64,000 nt of DNA from Vulcanimicrobiota bacterium (GTDB taxonomy: Bacteria; Vulcanimicrobiota; Vulcanimicrobiia; Vulcanimicrobiales; Vulcanimicrobiaceae). The stretch lies in contig CAVRQT010000002.1 in assembly GCA_963723515.1 (NCBI GenBank), forward strand, positions 576,001 through 640,000, given 5' to 3'. The notes below the pieces were generated by a model. It ran no database searches and was not told the DNA's origin. It worked only from the letters and a program-made list of their open reading frames with translations. A program made the translations under genes and the position numbers. Shown here piece after piece: positions 35,381 through 45,866 of the stretch; the stretch's first letter is position 1; every line of letters begins with the position of its first letter.

Positions 35381-35897
35381 GTCGAACGCATCTGCGTACG
35401 ACGGCCCTTCGTGGCAGCGGGCGGCGCTCTATCTCGCCCTTGCGCTCGTCGCGCAAGTCACGCTCTTGCATTTTTTCACGTTTCGCGGGGCGTCCGTCAG
35501 CGTCGTGCTCATCGCGGTCATCTGGTTTGCGATCTTGGCAGACGCGCGGCGCGCGACTATTTACGGCTTTTCCGCCGGCTTCTGTGAAGACATGCTGTCG
35601 TGGGGAACCGGGGGAGCGTGGACGATCTCAACAACGATCACCGCCCTTGTCGCCGCCACGCTTTCGCGCGCATTCTTCGCGGACTCGATTCCCCTCGTCA
35701 CCGGAATCGTCGTCGTCTCAACGCTCGTGCGCGAGCTGATTTTCTGGACCGTGATGAAGTTGCAGGGATTTCCGTCAGGTCTCGGAGTGCTGCATTTTCA
35801 TCAAGCCCTTTGGCAAGCGATGCTCAACGCAATCTTCGTCATCGCCGCCATGCTCATCTATCGCTATAAGGAGCATCTCAAGCTCCGAACTGCATGA
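35352..35897 (+). CDS. mreD: Rod shape-determining protein MreD
   Basis: Multi-TM protein with GF.AG..ED between mreC and mrdA. Confidence 0.85.
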   Translation: MTVLQLSRSKSNASAYDGPSWQRAALYLALALVAQVTLLHFFTFRGASVSVVLIAVIWFAILADARRATIYGFSAGFCEDMLSWGTGGAWTISTTITALVAATLSRAFFADSIPLVTGIVVVSTLVRELIFWTVMKLQGFPSGLGVLHFHQALWQAMLNAIFVIAAMLIYRYKEHLKLRTA

Positions 35898-37729
35898 TAA
35901 ATCAGCCCGCGTACGATGCGCCATGGCGCGCCGTCGCCTTCATCATCGTGGTTATCGTTATCGTCTTTGCTTTGATCGGCCGGCTGATTGCGGTGCAGAT
36001 CGTTCAAGGCGAAGAGTTCCATCGGCTGGCGACGCTCAACCAGATCCGGCTCATTCCCGTGCCTGCGCCGCGCGGCATCATCTTCGATCGTAACCATCAC
36101 GTACTCGTGCGCAATCGCCCATCCTTCGTCGTTGGCCTGATCCCATCAGAGGTGACGGACGCGGACCGCGAGTTAAACGCGATTGCGGCATCGCTCGGCG
36201 TTCCGGCGATGCGGTTATGGGCTCACGTATTGCATCATCGCGGCGTAAATTATCGGACGTTCGCCGAGGTCGCGGCGTACGAGCCGTATGGCCCCGTGAT
36301 TCTGGCGTCGGATCTCTCTGTTGCGCAAGCCGCCAAGATCGCTGAGTTGCAAAACGACTTGCCGGGCGTTGATCTCGAGGCGCAAGCGGTGCGTTCCTAT
36401 CCAATGGGAACGCTCGGTTCGCACCTCTTCGGCTTCGTTGGGCAAATTGCCGAAAGTGAGTACCGCGAGTTGCGCGCGGAAGGCTACTCACCGAACGACG
36501 TGATCGGCAAAGACGGGCTTGAAGCGAAGTACGATCGGTATCTGCGCGGCTCGCCGGGCGGAGAGCAGATCGAGGTCGATGCTTCGGGGCAAGTATTCAA
36601 ACATCTCGCGCGGCGGCCGTACGTACCGGGCGATAGCCTTATCCTTTCAATCGATTGGCGCTTGCAAAACATCGCCGAACACGCGCTTGCGAACGGCCTT
36701 CGTTCGTGGGGCGGTGGGCGGCGTTTGGGAGGCGCCGTCGTTGTCGAAGATCCCTGGAACGGCGGAATCTTGGCGCTTGCGAGCTTTCCGAATTTCGACC
36801 CGAATGATTTTGCCGTTTCCATTTCGCCGATCAAGTTTCAGCACTACATCAGCGATCCGAAACGGCCGCTCTACAACCGCGCGATCGGTGCGGCGACGCC
36901 GACTGGTTCGACATTCAAGATGGTGACCGGGTCGGCGGCGCTTTCGGCACACGTCGTGCGCGTCAACGAGGTCGTGTATGACAGCGGCGCATGGAATTGC
37001 GGCGGTGCGCTGTTTCAAGATCTCGCCGCCGGCGGTCTCGGCAGCACGACGTTCATTCCGGCGCTGGCCGCTTCAAGCGATGGCTACTTCTATCAGATGT
37101 CATGGCGCTTGGGCAACGCGCGGCTGCGAAAATACGCGCTCGAATACGGCCTGAACAAACTTTCCGGTGTTGACCTGCCGGGTGAGTATGAGGGAAACTG
37201 GCCGACGGATGCGTGGTCGCGCAAAGCGTTCGGGGTTCCCATGGAGCCCAGCGACGTCTGCAGTTTAGGGATCGGACAAGGCGCGATGCAAGCCACACCG
37301 CTGCAGATGGCCGACATCGTCTCGACCGTGGTCAACGGCGGAACCTTGTTCCGGCCGCATGTCGTCAACGAGATTCGCGATGCTGCCGGACATCTTGTGA
37401 AGAAGATCGAGCCAGTCGTCAACAATCATGTCCCAGTCACCGCAGAAGCGCTAAGCGCGGTTCGCGCCGGCATGGCAAAGGTGACCGACCCCGGCGGAAC
37501 AGCGTACGGATTAGCGATCGATGGGCTGCCCTTCGGCGGAAAGACGGGAACGGTCGAAACCGACAACGGCCGCGGTCCGAACACAACGTGGTTCGTTGCG
37601 TACGCGCCTGCGGCGCATCCCAAAGTGGCCCTCGCGGTCTTCGTTGAGCGCAGCGGCGGGTACGGCGCACAAGTCGCGGCGCCGATCGCACGCGAGATCA
37701 TGGTGGAATACTTCGGAAAGAAAGGCTAG
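35894..37729 (+). CDS. mrdA: Penicillin-binding protein 2
   Basis: APRGIIFDRN, GKDGLE, GSTFK (SxxK), SSD and KTGT motifs. Confidence 0.95.
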   Translation: MINQPAYDAPWRAVAFIIVVIVIVFALIGRLIAVQIVQGEEFHRLATLNQIRLIPVPAPRGIIFDRNHHVLVRNRPSFVVGLIPSEVTDADRELNAIAASLGVPAMRLWAHVLHHRGVNYRTFAEVAAYEPYGPVILASDLSVAQAAKIAELQNDLPGVDLEAQAVRSYPMGTLGSHLFGFVGQIAESEYRELRAEGYSPNDVIGKDGLEAKYDRYLRGSPGGEQIEVDASGQVFKHLARRPYVPGDSLILSIDWRLQNIAEHALANGLRSWGGGRRLGGAVVVEDPWNGGILALASFPNFDPNDFAVSISPIKFQHYISDPKRPLYNRAIGAATPTGSTFKMVTGSAALSAHVVRVNEVVYDSGAWNCGGALFQDLAAGGLGSTTFIPALAASSDGYFYQMSWRLGNARLRKYALEYGLNKLSGVDLPGEYEGNWPTDAWSRKAFGVPMEPSDVCSLGIGQGAMQATPLQMADIVSTVVNGGTLFRPHVVNEIRDAAGHLVKKIEPVVNNHVPVTAEALSAVRAGMAKVTDPGGTAYGLAIDGLPFGGKTGTVETDNGRGPNTTWFVAYAPAAHPKVALAVFVERSGGYGAQVAAPIAREIMVEYFGKKG

Positions 37730-38127
37730 TCGATCAGTGAGAGGAGTTCCAGCAACTCCTTAGAGCGCTCGGCATCGGCGGCCGATGCCGCATAAGACTG
37801 AACATCGGCAATGTGGCCGGATCGCGCGAGTGCATGCGCGGCGGCGAGCGAGACGGTTGCCGAGGGATCCGCTAGCGCATTCACGAGCAGGCGGCGCGAA
37901 CGTTCGTCGCCGAGCTGCCCTGCGGCGAAGATCAGATCGCAGCGCGCCGGTTCGTTCAGATGACCGAAATCGTCGCCGGCTTCTTTGATCCAATCGACGC
38001 TGACCCCAGGCGAACGATCCAAGAGGCCGCCGCACGCAGGGGTTTGCGGACGACGACGGACCATCATGAAAAGGTAGAGGCACGCAAGCACGGCGATCAG
38101 CAAAATGAGCGCCGTGAGCTCGAACAT
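37726..38127 (-). CDS. Membrane-anchored HEAT-repeat-like hypothetical protein
   Basis: N-terminal TM; LVNALADPSATVSLAAAHALA. Confidence 0.55.
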   Translation of the reverse strand: MFELTALILLIAVLACLYLFMMVRRRPQTPACGGLLDRSPGVSVDWIKEAGDDFGHLNEPARCDLIFAAGQLGDERSRRLLVNALADPSATVSLAAAHALARSGHIADVQSYAASAADAERSKELLELLSLID

Positions 38128-38138
38128 CAGTTAGCTTC

Positions 38139-41100
38139 TTAGACGGCGGCGGTAAGACCGGCTATCGCATCTTCGAAGGCGGCGTCCAGACGGGCATCCG
38201 TTTGAGTGAGCGCCTGACGGAAGCTTTCCGGCGAGAGCGACGCAAGACGCTCAAACTCTTCGACCAACGCCGACCGGTAGGCGCGCAGAGACGGTGGCCC
38301 TTCCGGCATCATGAAGGCGAGTAATTGCCAGGGTGGCGCCGTGCACAGCTGCGCTTCGCGAACCTGCGCTGCGATTTGCCGTGCACCGCCAACATCAATC
38401 GTGCCGGAGAGCACGACCTCGCCCTCCGCCGGCGGTGCGCCGGATGAGCCATCGTGAAATTGGTCGACTAACTCGAGCAAGGCGCGGCGCATAGGCATTG
38501 CCTCGATGTCACGCGCTGCCACGCTATAGAGCGGCAGCCGCAACTTGATGAACAATCGATCGAGCGTATCGCGTAACTGGATGCGTTGATCCTCGAGTGC
38601 GTTGCGCAGCAGTTCTCCGCCGGAGATCACAGTCGGAAAGAACGCTCGAATCGCAAAGAGATGCGAGAGGAGGCTACCGAAGCGCGCCTCTTTCAGAAAA
38701 CGGAGCGTCTTTTCGAAGCGCTCGGCACGAAAGACACAGGCACTCGCGAGCTCCTCTTGTTCGCCGTGCGACTCCGTCGTAACGCTGCCGTTGGGCCGCA
38801 ATTGCACCTCGTGCGTTTGCGTCGCCGAGCCGTCTTCTAGACTGTGCTGCGCGGCGGTCAGCCAATAGGTTTGCTCGGAGACCGGCATCGCGGGCGGAAG
38901 TTGAACGAAACCTTCGCCGCCATCCGGCAGCGCACGCACGCCGCCGCTCGCGGTCGGGCCCAAGATGCCGGTCAAGCCGAAGGGCAGCCCCGAGATATTG
39001 TCGGCAAAGACCGCGGTTGCTCGCACCTTGAGTTCGCCGGAGGAAAATTCATCATGCCGTCCGTTGTCGTAACGAACGTGGGCGATCCGCACAATCGACT
39101 CGCCAGCCGGCAACCCGTTGTGGACGACCTCGCGCCAGGTAATGTGCGCCTCGACGCCCGGCTCCGCCTCATTGAGAACGATGCCGTCATCGCTCACCAA
39201 CGGCGATACACTGCCCACATCGCGCACCGGAACCCCGCTGACGGCGGTACTGTTCGGCACGTAAATCAATGCGTCCGACGGCTCGACACTAACTTGGACG
39301 CGTCGGGCTGTTCCATCGCCGCCGTTATGGACATGCAGCACATATTCGACTGTCTCACCAACGTCGGCCAGGTCCGAAGGCACGGAGCGCAGGACGCCGA
39401 CACTAAAGTCAGGCTCGGACGCCGTGGCGATCTGCACGGTTTGCAACTGCACCGGCAAGATGCCCGCGGCGGACAGTACCGCATCCAAACGCATGCGATC
39501 TTCGCGCGCAAAGGTGCGCAAGAGACGCAAGCTCAGCCGCGCCTCAACGGATCGCCCAGCAGCAATCTCGCCGAAAAACAGTACATTCTTTTTCCGCGTT
39601 GCGCCGTCGACGCTATCGATTCGTAACTCCGGCGACATGACGAGGCGCAAGCGAACGTCGTGAGCGGTATCGGTTCCTTCATTTGCGATCCGTACGTATG
39701 CATCGGCGATCTGATTTGGCCGCAAGACCTCGTCATTCACTAATGCGATCGTCGAGCGCTGATTGCTGAACCGCGGATGTGAATCAACGCGGAATGCCGC
39801 CGTGCCGAGCGATGTTTCACCGAGTTCGAGGGTGTGCAACGTCGCCGAGAGTTCAATCGGCACGCCATCCGCATATGGTGCACGAACGCGTCCTCGCACA
39901 CCAAAGCGACGGCTCGCGTACGCCTCGACGCGCTCGATCTCAAGCATGTTGTTCTCAAGCGCGAGATTTTCGCTCTTCTCTGAAAGCTCGATCCCCTCCA
40001 ATGCCGGATCGACCTGCAACTCTAAAACGCAGTCGGTGGCGGCGGCCGGTCCATCGTTTTGCAGATCGATGAGCGCTTCGATTTCCTGTGCGGGCTGAAC
40101 GCTTGGTGAACCAACGCGCTTTATATTGGCGCGCCGGGGATCGAAATAGGGTTGTGAGCGCACGGTGAGTATCCGCTCGAAACTTCGCTCGCCGCCGTCC
40201 CAAGCGAGCGTTACGCGAACCGGAAGCGGCTTCGCGTTCTCCTGCGGGGACACGACGGTCACTTCGGCCATAAAATCGACCGCCGCTTCGGGTTCGACCG
40301 GCCCCAGTTCGTAGGAGCCAAGCTCTTTACGGCGGTCCCGGAGGGGCCGGCCGTCCAGCCGCCCGGAGCCTCGAACCAACAACAGACCTTCCGGCAGCTC
40401 AAGCGTAATTTTCGCCCATCGCGTTCCCGTCGTGCCGCAGTTGGCAGCGTGCATGTGAACGCCGACCCGTTGTCCGGGCTGAACTTCCGTAGGCGGTTCG
40501 ATTGTGAGTTGTGTTTGGTCGTCGTCGAACCGCGGCGCCGAAACGACTTGGAGCGATGCGGCCTCGAGATCGAAGCCAGGCGTCTCTTGCGATGCGACTG
40601 AGGCACGCGCGACGATCATCGTACCGTTTTGCAAATGTTCGTCCATGCGCACGCGATAGGTCAGCGTTGAAGTCGCGCTCGCTTGCAGAAGCGGTGCAAT
40701 GACCGGAGCGTGAATGCGATCGAACGGCACGCGCAAGTCGGGCTCGATTTCATGACCGTTGAGGCGTGCAGAATTTGGAACGTACGTCGCGTGCGCGGGA
40801 ATCGGGGCTACGACAACGACATCATGCGCGCTCGATTCGCCTGCGTTATGCAAACGTAAGGTGACAACGGCTTCCGCGCCCGGACGCGGTTCGTGTCGCG
40901 GCTCGATCGCGATCTTCGTCGTCGGGTTGTCGAGCACCGGACGAGACCGGACGAGGAGGCGCACGATGTTGGACCCGACCGGCGGAATCTCAAATGCGGC
41001 CACCGCGGCTTGCAAGTCGATGGCCGTGCCGTTTTCAATTGCACCGGTGATAATATAAGAGAGATCCACGCGCCGCTCTTCACCGGGCGCAACGTCGCCG

Positions 41101-41381
41101 ACATGTGCACCGTTGCGTGATAGTAACGGACAACTGGCCTGCTCTTCGGGCAACTGCTGTCCATCGATTCGAGCGCTACCCACCAGATAGACCAGTCCGT
41201 CAGGAGCATTCATGCGCACGCGCACGCCGCTGGCAACTGCGCCGCCTTGATTGCGGAACGTGAAGGTTGCGCGTACTGTCGTTCCAGGTTCAACTTCGCG
41301 TTCAGGAGAAACGACGAGCGTCCGAATACCTTCAGGAAGAGTCGGTGCTCCGGGCGTGAAAATTTCCGTCAGCGTTCGCAT
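38139..41381 (-). CDS. About 1080-aa protein with six DUF11-like Ig repeats and a helical C-terminal domain
   Basis: Repeated x-PG-x(8-10)-N-x-G...P-x-x-L-x-Y-x-x-S units; start taken at MRTLTEIF. Confidence 0.75.
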   Translation of the reverse strand: MRTLTEIFTPGAPTLPEGIRTLVVSPEREVEPGTTVRATFTFRNQGGAVASGVRVRMNAPDGLVYLVGSARIDGQQLPEEQASCPLLSRNGAHVGDVAPGEERRVDLSYIITGAIENGTAIDLQAAVAAFEIPPVGSNIVRLLVRSRPVLDNPTTKIAIEPRHEPRPGAEAVVTLRLHNAGESSAHDVVVVAPIPAHATYVPNSARLNGHEIEPDLRVPFDRIHAPVIAPLLQASATSTLTYRVRMDEHLQNGTMIVARASVASQETPGFDLEAASLQVVSAPRFDDDQTQLTIEPPTEVQPGQRVGVHMHAANCGTTGTRWAKITLELPEGLLLVRGSGRLDGRPLRDRRKELGSYELGPVEPEAAVDFMAEVTVVSPQENAKPLPVRVTLAWDGGERSFERILTVRSQPYFDPRRANIKRVGSPSVQPAQEIEALIDLQNDGPAAATDCVLELQVDPALEGIELSEKSENLALENNMLEIERVEAYASRRFGVRGRVRAPYADGVPIELSATLHTLELGETSLGTAAFRVDSHPRFSNQRSTIALVNDEVLRPNQIADAYVRIANEGTDTAHDVRLRLVMSPELRIDSVDGATRKKNVLFFGEIAAGRSVEARLSLRLLRTFAREDRMRLDAVLSAAGILPVQLQTVQIATASEPDFSVGVLRSVPSDLADVGETVEYVLHVHNGGDGTARRVQVSVEPSDALIYVPNSTAVSGVPVRDVGSVSPLVSDDGIVLNEAEPGVEAHITWREVVHNGLPAGESIVRIAHVRYDNGRHDEFSSGELKVRATAVFADNISGLPFGLTGILGPTASGGVRALPDGGEGFVQLPPAMPVSEQTYWLTAAQHSLEDGSATQTHEVQLRPNGSVTTESHGEQEELASACVFRAERFEKTLRFLKEARFGSLLSHLFAIRAFFPTVISGGELLRNALEDQRIQLRDTLDRLFIKLRLPLYSVAARDIEAMPMRRALLELVDQFHDGSSGAPPAEGEVVLSGTIDVGGARQIAAQVREAQLCTAPPWQLLAFMMPEGPPSLRAYRSALVEEFERLASLSPESFRQALTQTDARLDAAFEDAIAGLTAAV

Positions 41382-41466
41382 AGAATAAGGGTCCACAAAA
41401 TTCGCCGGAGAGGATGCCCTACCTTGACGCCCGGCGGTCTCTCTTGACGGTACATAAAGGAAGATT

Positions 41467-42665
41467 ATGGCAGCCATCGCCCCCTCCGCCGACCGGATTT
41501 GCGAAGCCGTATCACGCCTCGGAAGCGAAACGGCGTTCGAAGTACTCGCTCGGGCTCGTTCACTCGAAGCGCTTGGCCGCACGATCGTGCACATGGAAAT
41601 CGGTGAACCCGACTTCGATACGCCCGAACATATCAAGGAAGCCGGCGTCGCTGCGATCCGCGAAAACTACTCCCACTACACGCCTTCGGCGGGCATTCCT
41701 GAGCTGCGCGATGTGATCGCCGGATACGCATCACGCTTTCGCAAAATGCCTGGCGCGTTCAAGCGCGAGAACGTCGTTGTTGGCCCCGGCGCAAAGCCGC
41801 TGATTTGGAACACGCTGTGCGCGCTCTTAAGTCCGGGCGACCAACTGGTGTACGCTGATCCGGCGTATCCCGCATATGCCTCATGTGCCAGCTACTTGCA
41901 AGCCGAGCGTGGCGCCGGTTCCGCTCCTCGAGAGCACGAACTTCCGCCTCGATCTCGACGAACTCGAGCGCAAAGTTTCCGATCGTACGAAAGTGCTCGT
42001 CGTCAATACACCGCACAATCCGACGGGCGGCGTGCTTTTGCGTTCAGACCTTGAACGAATTGCCGCCCTCGCGAAGCGCCATGATTTTCTCGTCCTCTCA
42101 GACGAGATTTACAGCCGCAATTTCTATCAAGGCGAATTTCTTTCGATCTCCGAGCTTCCCGGAATGCGCGACCGAACCGTGATCGTCGATGGATTTTCGA
42201 AAGCATACGCGATGACGGGGTGGCGTCTTGGTTACGCGATCATGCCGGAGAACTTGGCGCCGGTCGTGACGCTCTTCAACAACAACACGTTTTCGTGCGT
42301 CGCGACGTTCGTGCAGATGGCCGGCATTGCGGCGTTGCAAGGCCCCGACGATCCGGTGCAACGGATGAATGAGACGTTCCGCGAACGGCGCGATCGCTTG
42401 GTAAACGGGCTGAATCGGATTCCCGGTGTTTCGTGCAAGATGCCCGAGGGCGCTTTTTACGCCTTCCCAAACATCAGCGAAGTAAGCCGCGACGATAAGC
42501 GCCTCGCGCGCTACATGCTCGAGGAGGCCGGGCGTCGCCTGTTTAGGCGGCTCTTCGTTCGGGAAGGCCGGTGAAGGTTATCTGCGGTTCAGCTACGCTA
42601 CCTCGATCGAGCAGATCGACCTCGCGCTGGAGCGCATCGCCGAACACCTCCCCCGCTTTGAATAA
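41467..42665 (+). CDS. PLP-dependent class I/II aminotransferase (aspartate aminotransferase-like), frameshifts near 41905 and 42530
   Basis: IGEPDFDTP, PHNPTG, SDEIY and GFSKAYAMTGWRLG motifs. Confidence 0.93.
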
Positions 42666-42693
42666 CTCAACGCTTCATGAGATAAGGTTACAT

Positions 42694-43044
42694 ATGCAAG
42701 TTCGCGGAATCGACGCCACCTATTACACGGTCAAGAACCTGGATCGAGCAACAGACTTCTACAAGAAGCTCTTGGGTACCGAGCCCACAATGCACCAGCC
42801 GAACTTCGTCAGTGAATGGACGTTCGGCGGTGGAGAGACGTTCGGACTCTATCAAACGACGGCGGAAAATTTCGCGCCTGGCGGCAGCGCGATGTTTGCG
42901 GTCGACGATGTTGCGGCAGCAGTGAAAGATGCGCAAGCGCACGGCTTCAACGTGAACAGCGAAGTCACCGATACGCCCGGCTGCCACATGGCCTTCGGCG
43001 AAGATCCCGAAGGCAATCAGTTCATCTTACACAAGCGCAAATAG
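42694..43044 (+). CDS. VOC/glyoxalase family protein
   Basis: RATDFYKKLLG, FAVDDV and EDPEGNQFILH motifs. Confidence 0.85.
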   Translation: MQVRGIDATYYTVKNLDRATDFYKKLLGTEPTMHQPNFVSEWTFGGGETFGLYQTTAENFAPGGSAMFAVDDVAAAVKDAQAHGFNVNSEVTDTPGCHMAFGEDPEGNQFILHKRK

Positions 43045-43102
43045 GGAATAGGTTCAGGCGGTAGTCCCCGCTCTCACACTGGGACGGTCGCAAATTTCTA
43101 GA

Positions 43103-44107
43103 TCACGTTAGCTTCATGGCGCGTTTCACGTCGCGCAGTGTGTCAAGCGCGACCGCCCGCGCTTTTTGCGAGCCTTCGTCGATGATCCGTTCAACGTACC
43201 GCGGATCGTTTGCGATCTCCGTACGGCGCGCGCGAATCGGGCCTAAGAACTCGTTGAGAGAGGCGGCAAAGTCCGTCTTGTCTTGCACGCACCCAAGCTC
43301 TCCCGAACGGCAGTTTCGATCGACCCATGCAACGTGATCCGGGTTCGCGATTCTCCACAGCGCGAAGACGGGACAAATCTCCGGCCGCCCCGGATCGTGC
43401 CGCCGAATCTTTAAGGGATCGGTCACCATCGATCGCACTTTTTTCACCGTCGTTGCTTCATCGTCGGCGATGAGGATCGCGTTGTCGTACGATTTCGACA
43501 TCTTGCGGCCATCGGTGCCGGGAATCTCCGGAAAATCCGAGAGCGTCGCCTCCGGTTCGATTAAGATTTCTTTACCGTCGCCGTAGAGGAAGTTGAACCG
43601 CCGCACGACTTCTCGGCCAAACTCCAAGTGCGCGAGTTGATCTTTGCCGACCGGTACGCGTTGACCGCGAAAGATCGCAATGTCGCACAACTGCAAGAGC
43701 GGGTAGCCCAAAAATCCGTATGTCGCAATGTGCTGGCCCAGCTCACCGATCTGACTCTTCCATGTCGGGACTCGTTCAAGCCACGACAGCGGCGTGATCA
43801 TTGCTAACAAGACGTGCAACTCGGAAATCTCGGGAACCGCGGATTGCAAGTAGATCGTGCAGCGCTCCGGATCGATGCCGGCCGCAAGCCAGTCGATCAC
43901 CATGTCGTTGCGCGCATCTCGGATCGTTTGCGGATCGCTGAAGCTGGTCGTATATGCGTGCAAATCGGCGATCTCGAAATACGGATCGGCGGTTTCGCAA
44001 TATCGCACCCATTGTTGCAGCGCGCCAACCAGGTGGCCGAGATGAATTCTGCCGGTCGGCCGCATCCCCGACATCACGCGTGGACGCTTTTTTTCTAGAA
44101 CTTGCAT
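43103..44107 (-). CDS. trpS: Tryptophan--tRNA ligase
   Basis: SGMRPTGRIHLGH, GYPLLQ, VPVGKDQ and KMSKS motifs. Confidence 0.97.
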   Translation of the reverse strand: MQVLEKKRPRVMSGMRPTGRIHLGHLVGALQQWVRYCETADPYFEIADLHAYTTSFSDPQTIRDARNDMVIDWLAAGIDPERCTIYLQSAVPEISELHVLLAMITPLSWLERVPTWKSQIGELGQHIATYGFLGYPLLQLCDIAIFRGQRVPVGKDQLAHLEFGREVVRRFNFLYGDGKEILIEPEATLSDFPEIPGTDGRKMSKSYDNAILIADDEATTVKKVRSMVTDPLKIRRHDPGRPEICPVFALWRIANPDHVAWVDRNCRSGELGCVQDKTDFAASLNEFLGPIRARRTEIANDPRYVERIIDEGSQKARAVALDTLRDVKRAMKLT

Positions 44108-44170
44108 GCGTTAATCGTGCCGTGCTATAAGGAACCTCTGATGAAGTCCAGCGCGTAAGGAGTCACGGCT

Positions 44171-44482
44171 TTGTACACGGATGAAACGCTGACCTGCACC
44201 GATTGCAGCAACACATTCACCTTTAGTGCAGGCGAACAAGAGTTCTTTGCCAGCAAGGGTTTTGCAAACAAACCGAACCGCTGCCCTGATTGTCGAGTCG
44301 CTCGCAGAGCGGGGCGCAGCTCCGGCAATCGCAGCTCAAACGTCAGCGGCACGCGCGAAATGCATCAGGTCGTCTGTTCTGAGTGCGGACGTGAAACCGA
44401 GGTGCCGTTCATGCCGCGCGGCGATCGCCCGGTCTACTGCCGCGAGTGCTTTGAGAAAGTCCGGCAAGCGCCACTGCGATAG
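44171..44482 (+). CDS. Zinc-ribbon protein (zf-trcl plus CxxC-x17-CxxC)
   Basis: LTCTDC..FTFSAGEQEFF..KGF.N.PNRCPDC; CSECG..VPF.P..DRPVYCREC. Confidence 0.9.
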   Translation: MYTDETLTCTDCSNTFTFSAGEQEFFASKGFANKPNRCPDCRVARRAGRSSGNRSSNVSGTREMHQVVCSECGRETEVPFMPRGDRPVYCRECFEKVRQAPLR

Positions 44483-44486
44483 CACA

Positions 44487-45242
44487 TTAGGGCTTGGCTT
44501 CTTCCAAAGATAACGTAATTTTGCGGCGGACATAATGGCGCGCCGCGATGACCCCTTCGAGGAGCGATCTGCCGGTGGCCAATTCGCATGCGAGCGCAGC
44601 AGCCAGCGTGTCGCCGGTGCCCCGCAGGTCGTTTTGCAACCGGTCGTCGCTGAAGATTTCCACCGATTCGTTCGTGGCCAGAACGTCGACCGGGTCACCG
44701 GCACGATGACCGCCTTTTAAGAGCACGGCAACCGGTCCGCGTGATTGCAATTCGCGCGCCGCATCAACCATCGCTTCTACCGTGGGAATGTCGCGCTCGA
44801 GCAGACGCCTTGCTTCCGGCAAATTGGGCGTGAGCACGCTGCGCAGCGGCAAGATAATGTCGCGGAACGACTCAATCGTGCGAGCGTCGGCAAAATCCGA
44901 GCCGAAGGTGTCTGAGAACACCGGATCGATAACGAGCGGCGCATTGCGATCGCGTTGCAGGAACCGAGACACTTCGGCGATATTTGCGGCGTCGAAAAGC
45001 GCGCCGATGCGTATCGCAGCCGGATTCGGCGGCAGAGTTTGCAGCTGCGCCCGCACCGCATTGGGCGGCAGCGCAAAAGCGCCACGCAAGCCCCGCTCGT
45101 CTTGAGCCGTTACGCCGACGAGCGCAATCGCCTGACGCAATCCATACTCGTAAGCAACTCCGGCGTCGATACCGATTCCGGCGATGTTCCATGGGTGCAT
45201 CGCGCCAATTGAGATCAAGAACGTTCCGCTCACCGTTTCCAC
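44487..45242 (-). CDS. thiD: Hydroxymethylpyrimidine/phosphomethylpyrimidine kinase
   Basis: VIDPV, TPNLPEA, LLKGGH and GTGDTL motifs; adjacent to thiE. Confidence 0.85.
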   Translation of the reverse strand: METVSGTFLISIGAMHPWNIAGIGIDAGVAYEYGLRQAIALVGVTAQDERGLRGAFALPPNAVRAQLQTLPPNPAAIRIGALFDAANIAEVSRFLQRDRNAPLVIDPVFSDTFGSDFADARTIESFRDIILPLRSVLTPNLPEARRLLERDIPTVEAMVDAARELQSRGPVAVLLKGGHRAGDPVDVLATNESVEIFSDDRLQNDLRGTGDTLAAALACELATGRSLLEGVIAARHYVRRKITLSLEEAKP

Positions 45243-45862
45243 CGCGCGATCAGTTCACTCGCCACGCCACGCGGATCGGCACTAAGGGCGACCGCCGAAA
45301 GCACCGCAGCCATCGCGACTCCGCTTTCGGCGACTTGCGCGATGTTGCTCAAGTTGATGCCACCGATCGCCGCGACAGGCAGCGACGTAGCCGCCGCAAT
45401 GCGCCGTAAGCCGGTTATTCCAATCGGCTCGCCGGCATCGCTCTTGGAGGTTGTCGGGAAGATGCACCCGACGCCGATGTAATCAGCGCCCGCCTCTTCC
45501 GCGGCGCGCGCTTCCGTCAGGGTCCCGCAAGAGAGGCCGAGAATTCGCCCGCGCACCGATTGGCGAATTTTCGGTAGGTCCTTCGGCTGCGCATCATCCG
45601 GACCCAAGTGCACGCCGTCCGCATCGAAGATGTCTACGGCACGCCAATCGTCATTCAGAATGAAGAGCGCATCGCGCTCATTGGTCAGCTCACGCAGTTC
45701 ATGCGCATGGCTTTCATTTATGCCGCTTTTGGCCCGATACTGAACGATCCGGATTCCGCCGTCTAAGAGCTGCCGCGTCAACTCGACCGGATTTGCCACA
45801 GCTGCATCGACGATCGTATAGATACCGCGCAAGCGGTGCGCCGCGGCGCTTACGCGCGCCAT
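45230..45862 (-). CDS. thiE: Thiamine-phosphate synthase
   Basis: VQYRAK, ILNDD, GVHLGPDD, FPTTSK and AIGGI motifs. Confidence 0.95.
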   Translation of the reverse strand: MARVSAAAHRLRGIYTIVDAAVANPVELTRQLLDGGIRIVQYRAKSGINESHAHELRELTNERDALFILNDDWRAVDIFDADGVHLGPDDAQPKDLPKIRQSVRGRILGLSCGTLTEARAAEEAGADYIGVGCIFPTTSKSDAGEPIGITGLRRIAAATSLPVAAIGGINLSNIAQVAESGVAMAAVLSAVALSADPRGVASELIARWKR

Positions 45863-45866
45863 GCGC

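Noticed and set aside
41382..41636. N-terminal 85 aa of the 1165-aa ORF
   Set aside because: It is the antisense shadow of the aminotransferase start; the real start is more likely 41381.
43058..43091. Imperfect hairpin between the convergent VOC gene and trpS
   Set aside because: No U-tract and no similarity to the repeat families; at most a weak terminator.
44108..44170. T-box leader for trpS (also sought for hisS and aspS)
   Set aside because: The intergenic space is too short and has no T-box consensus.
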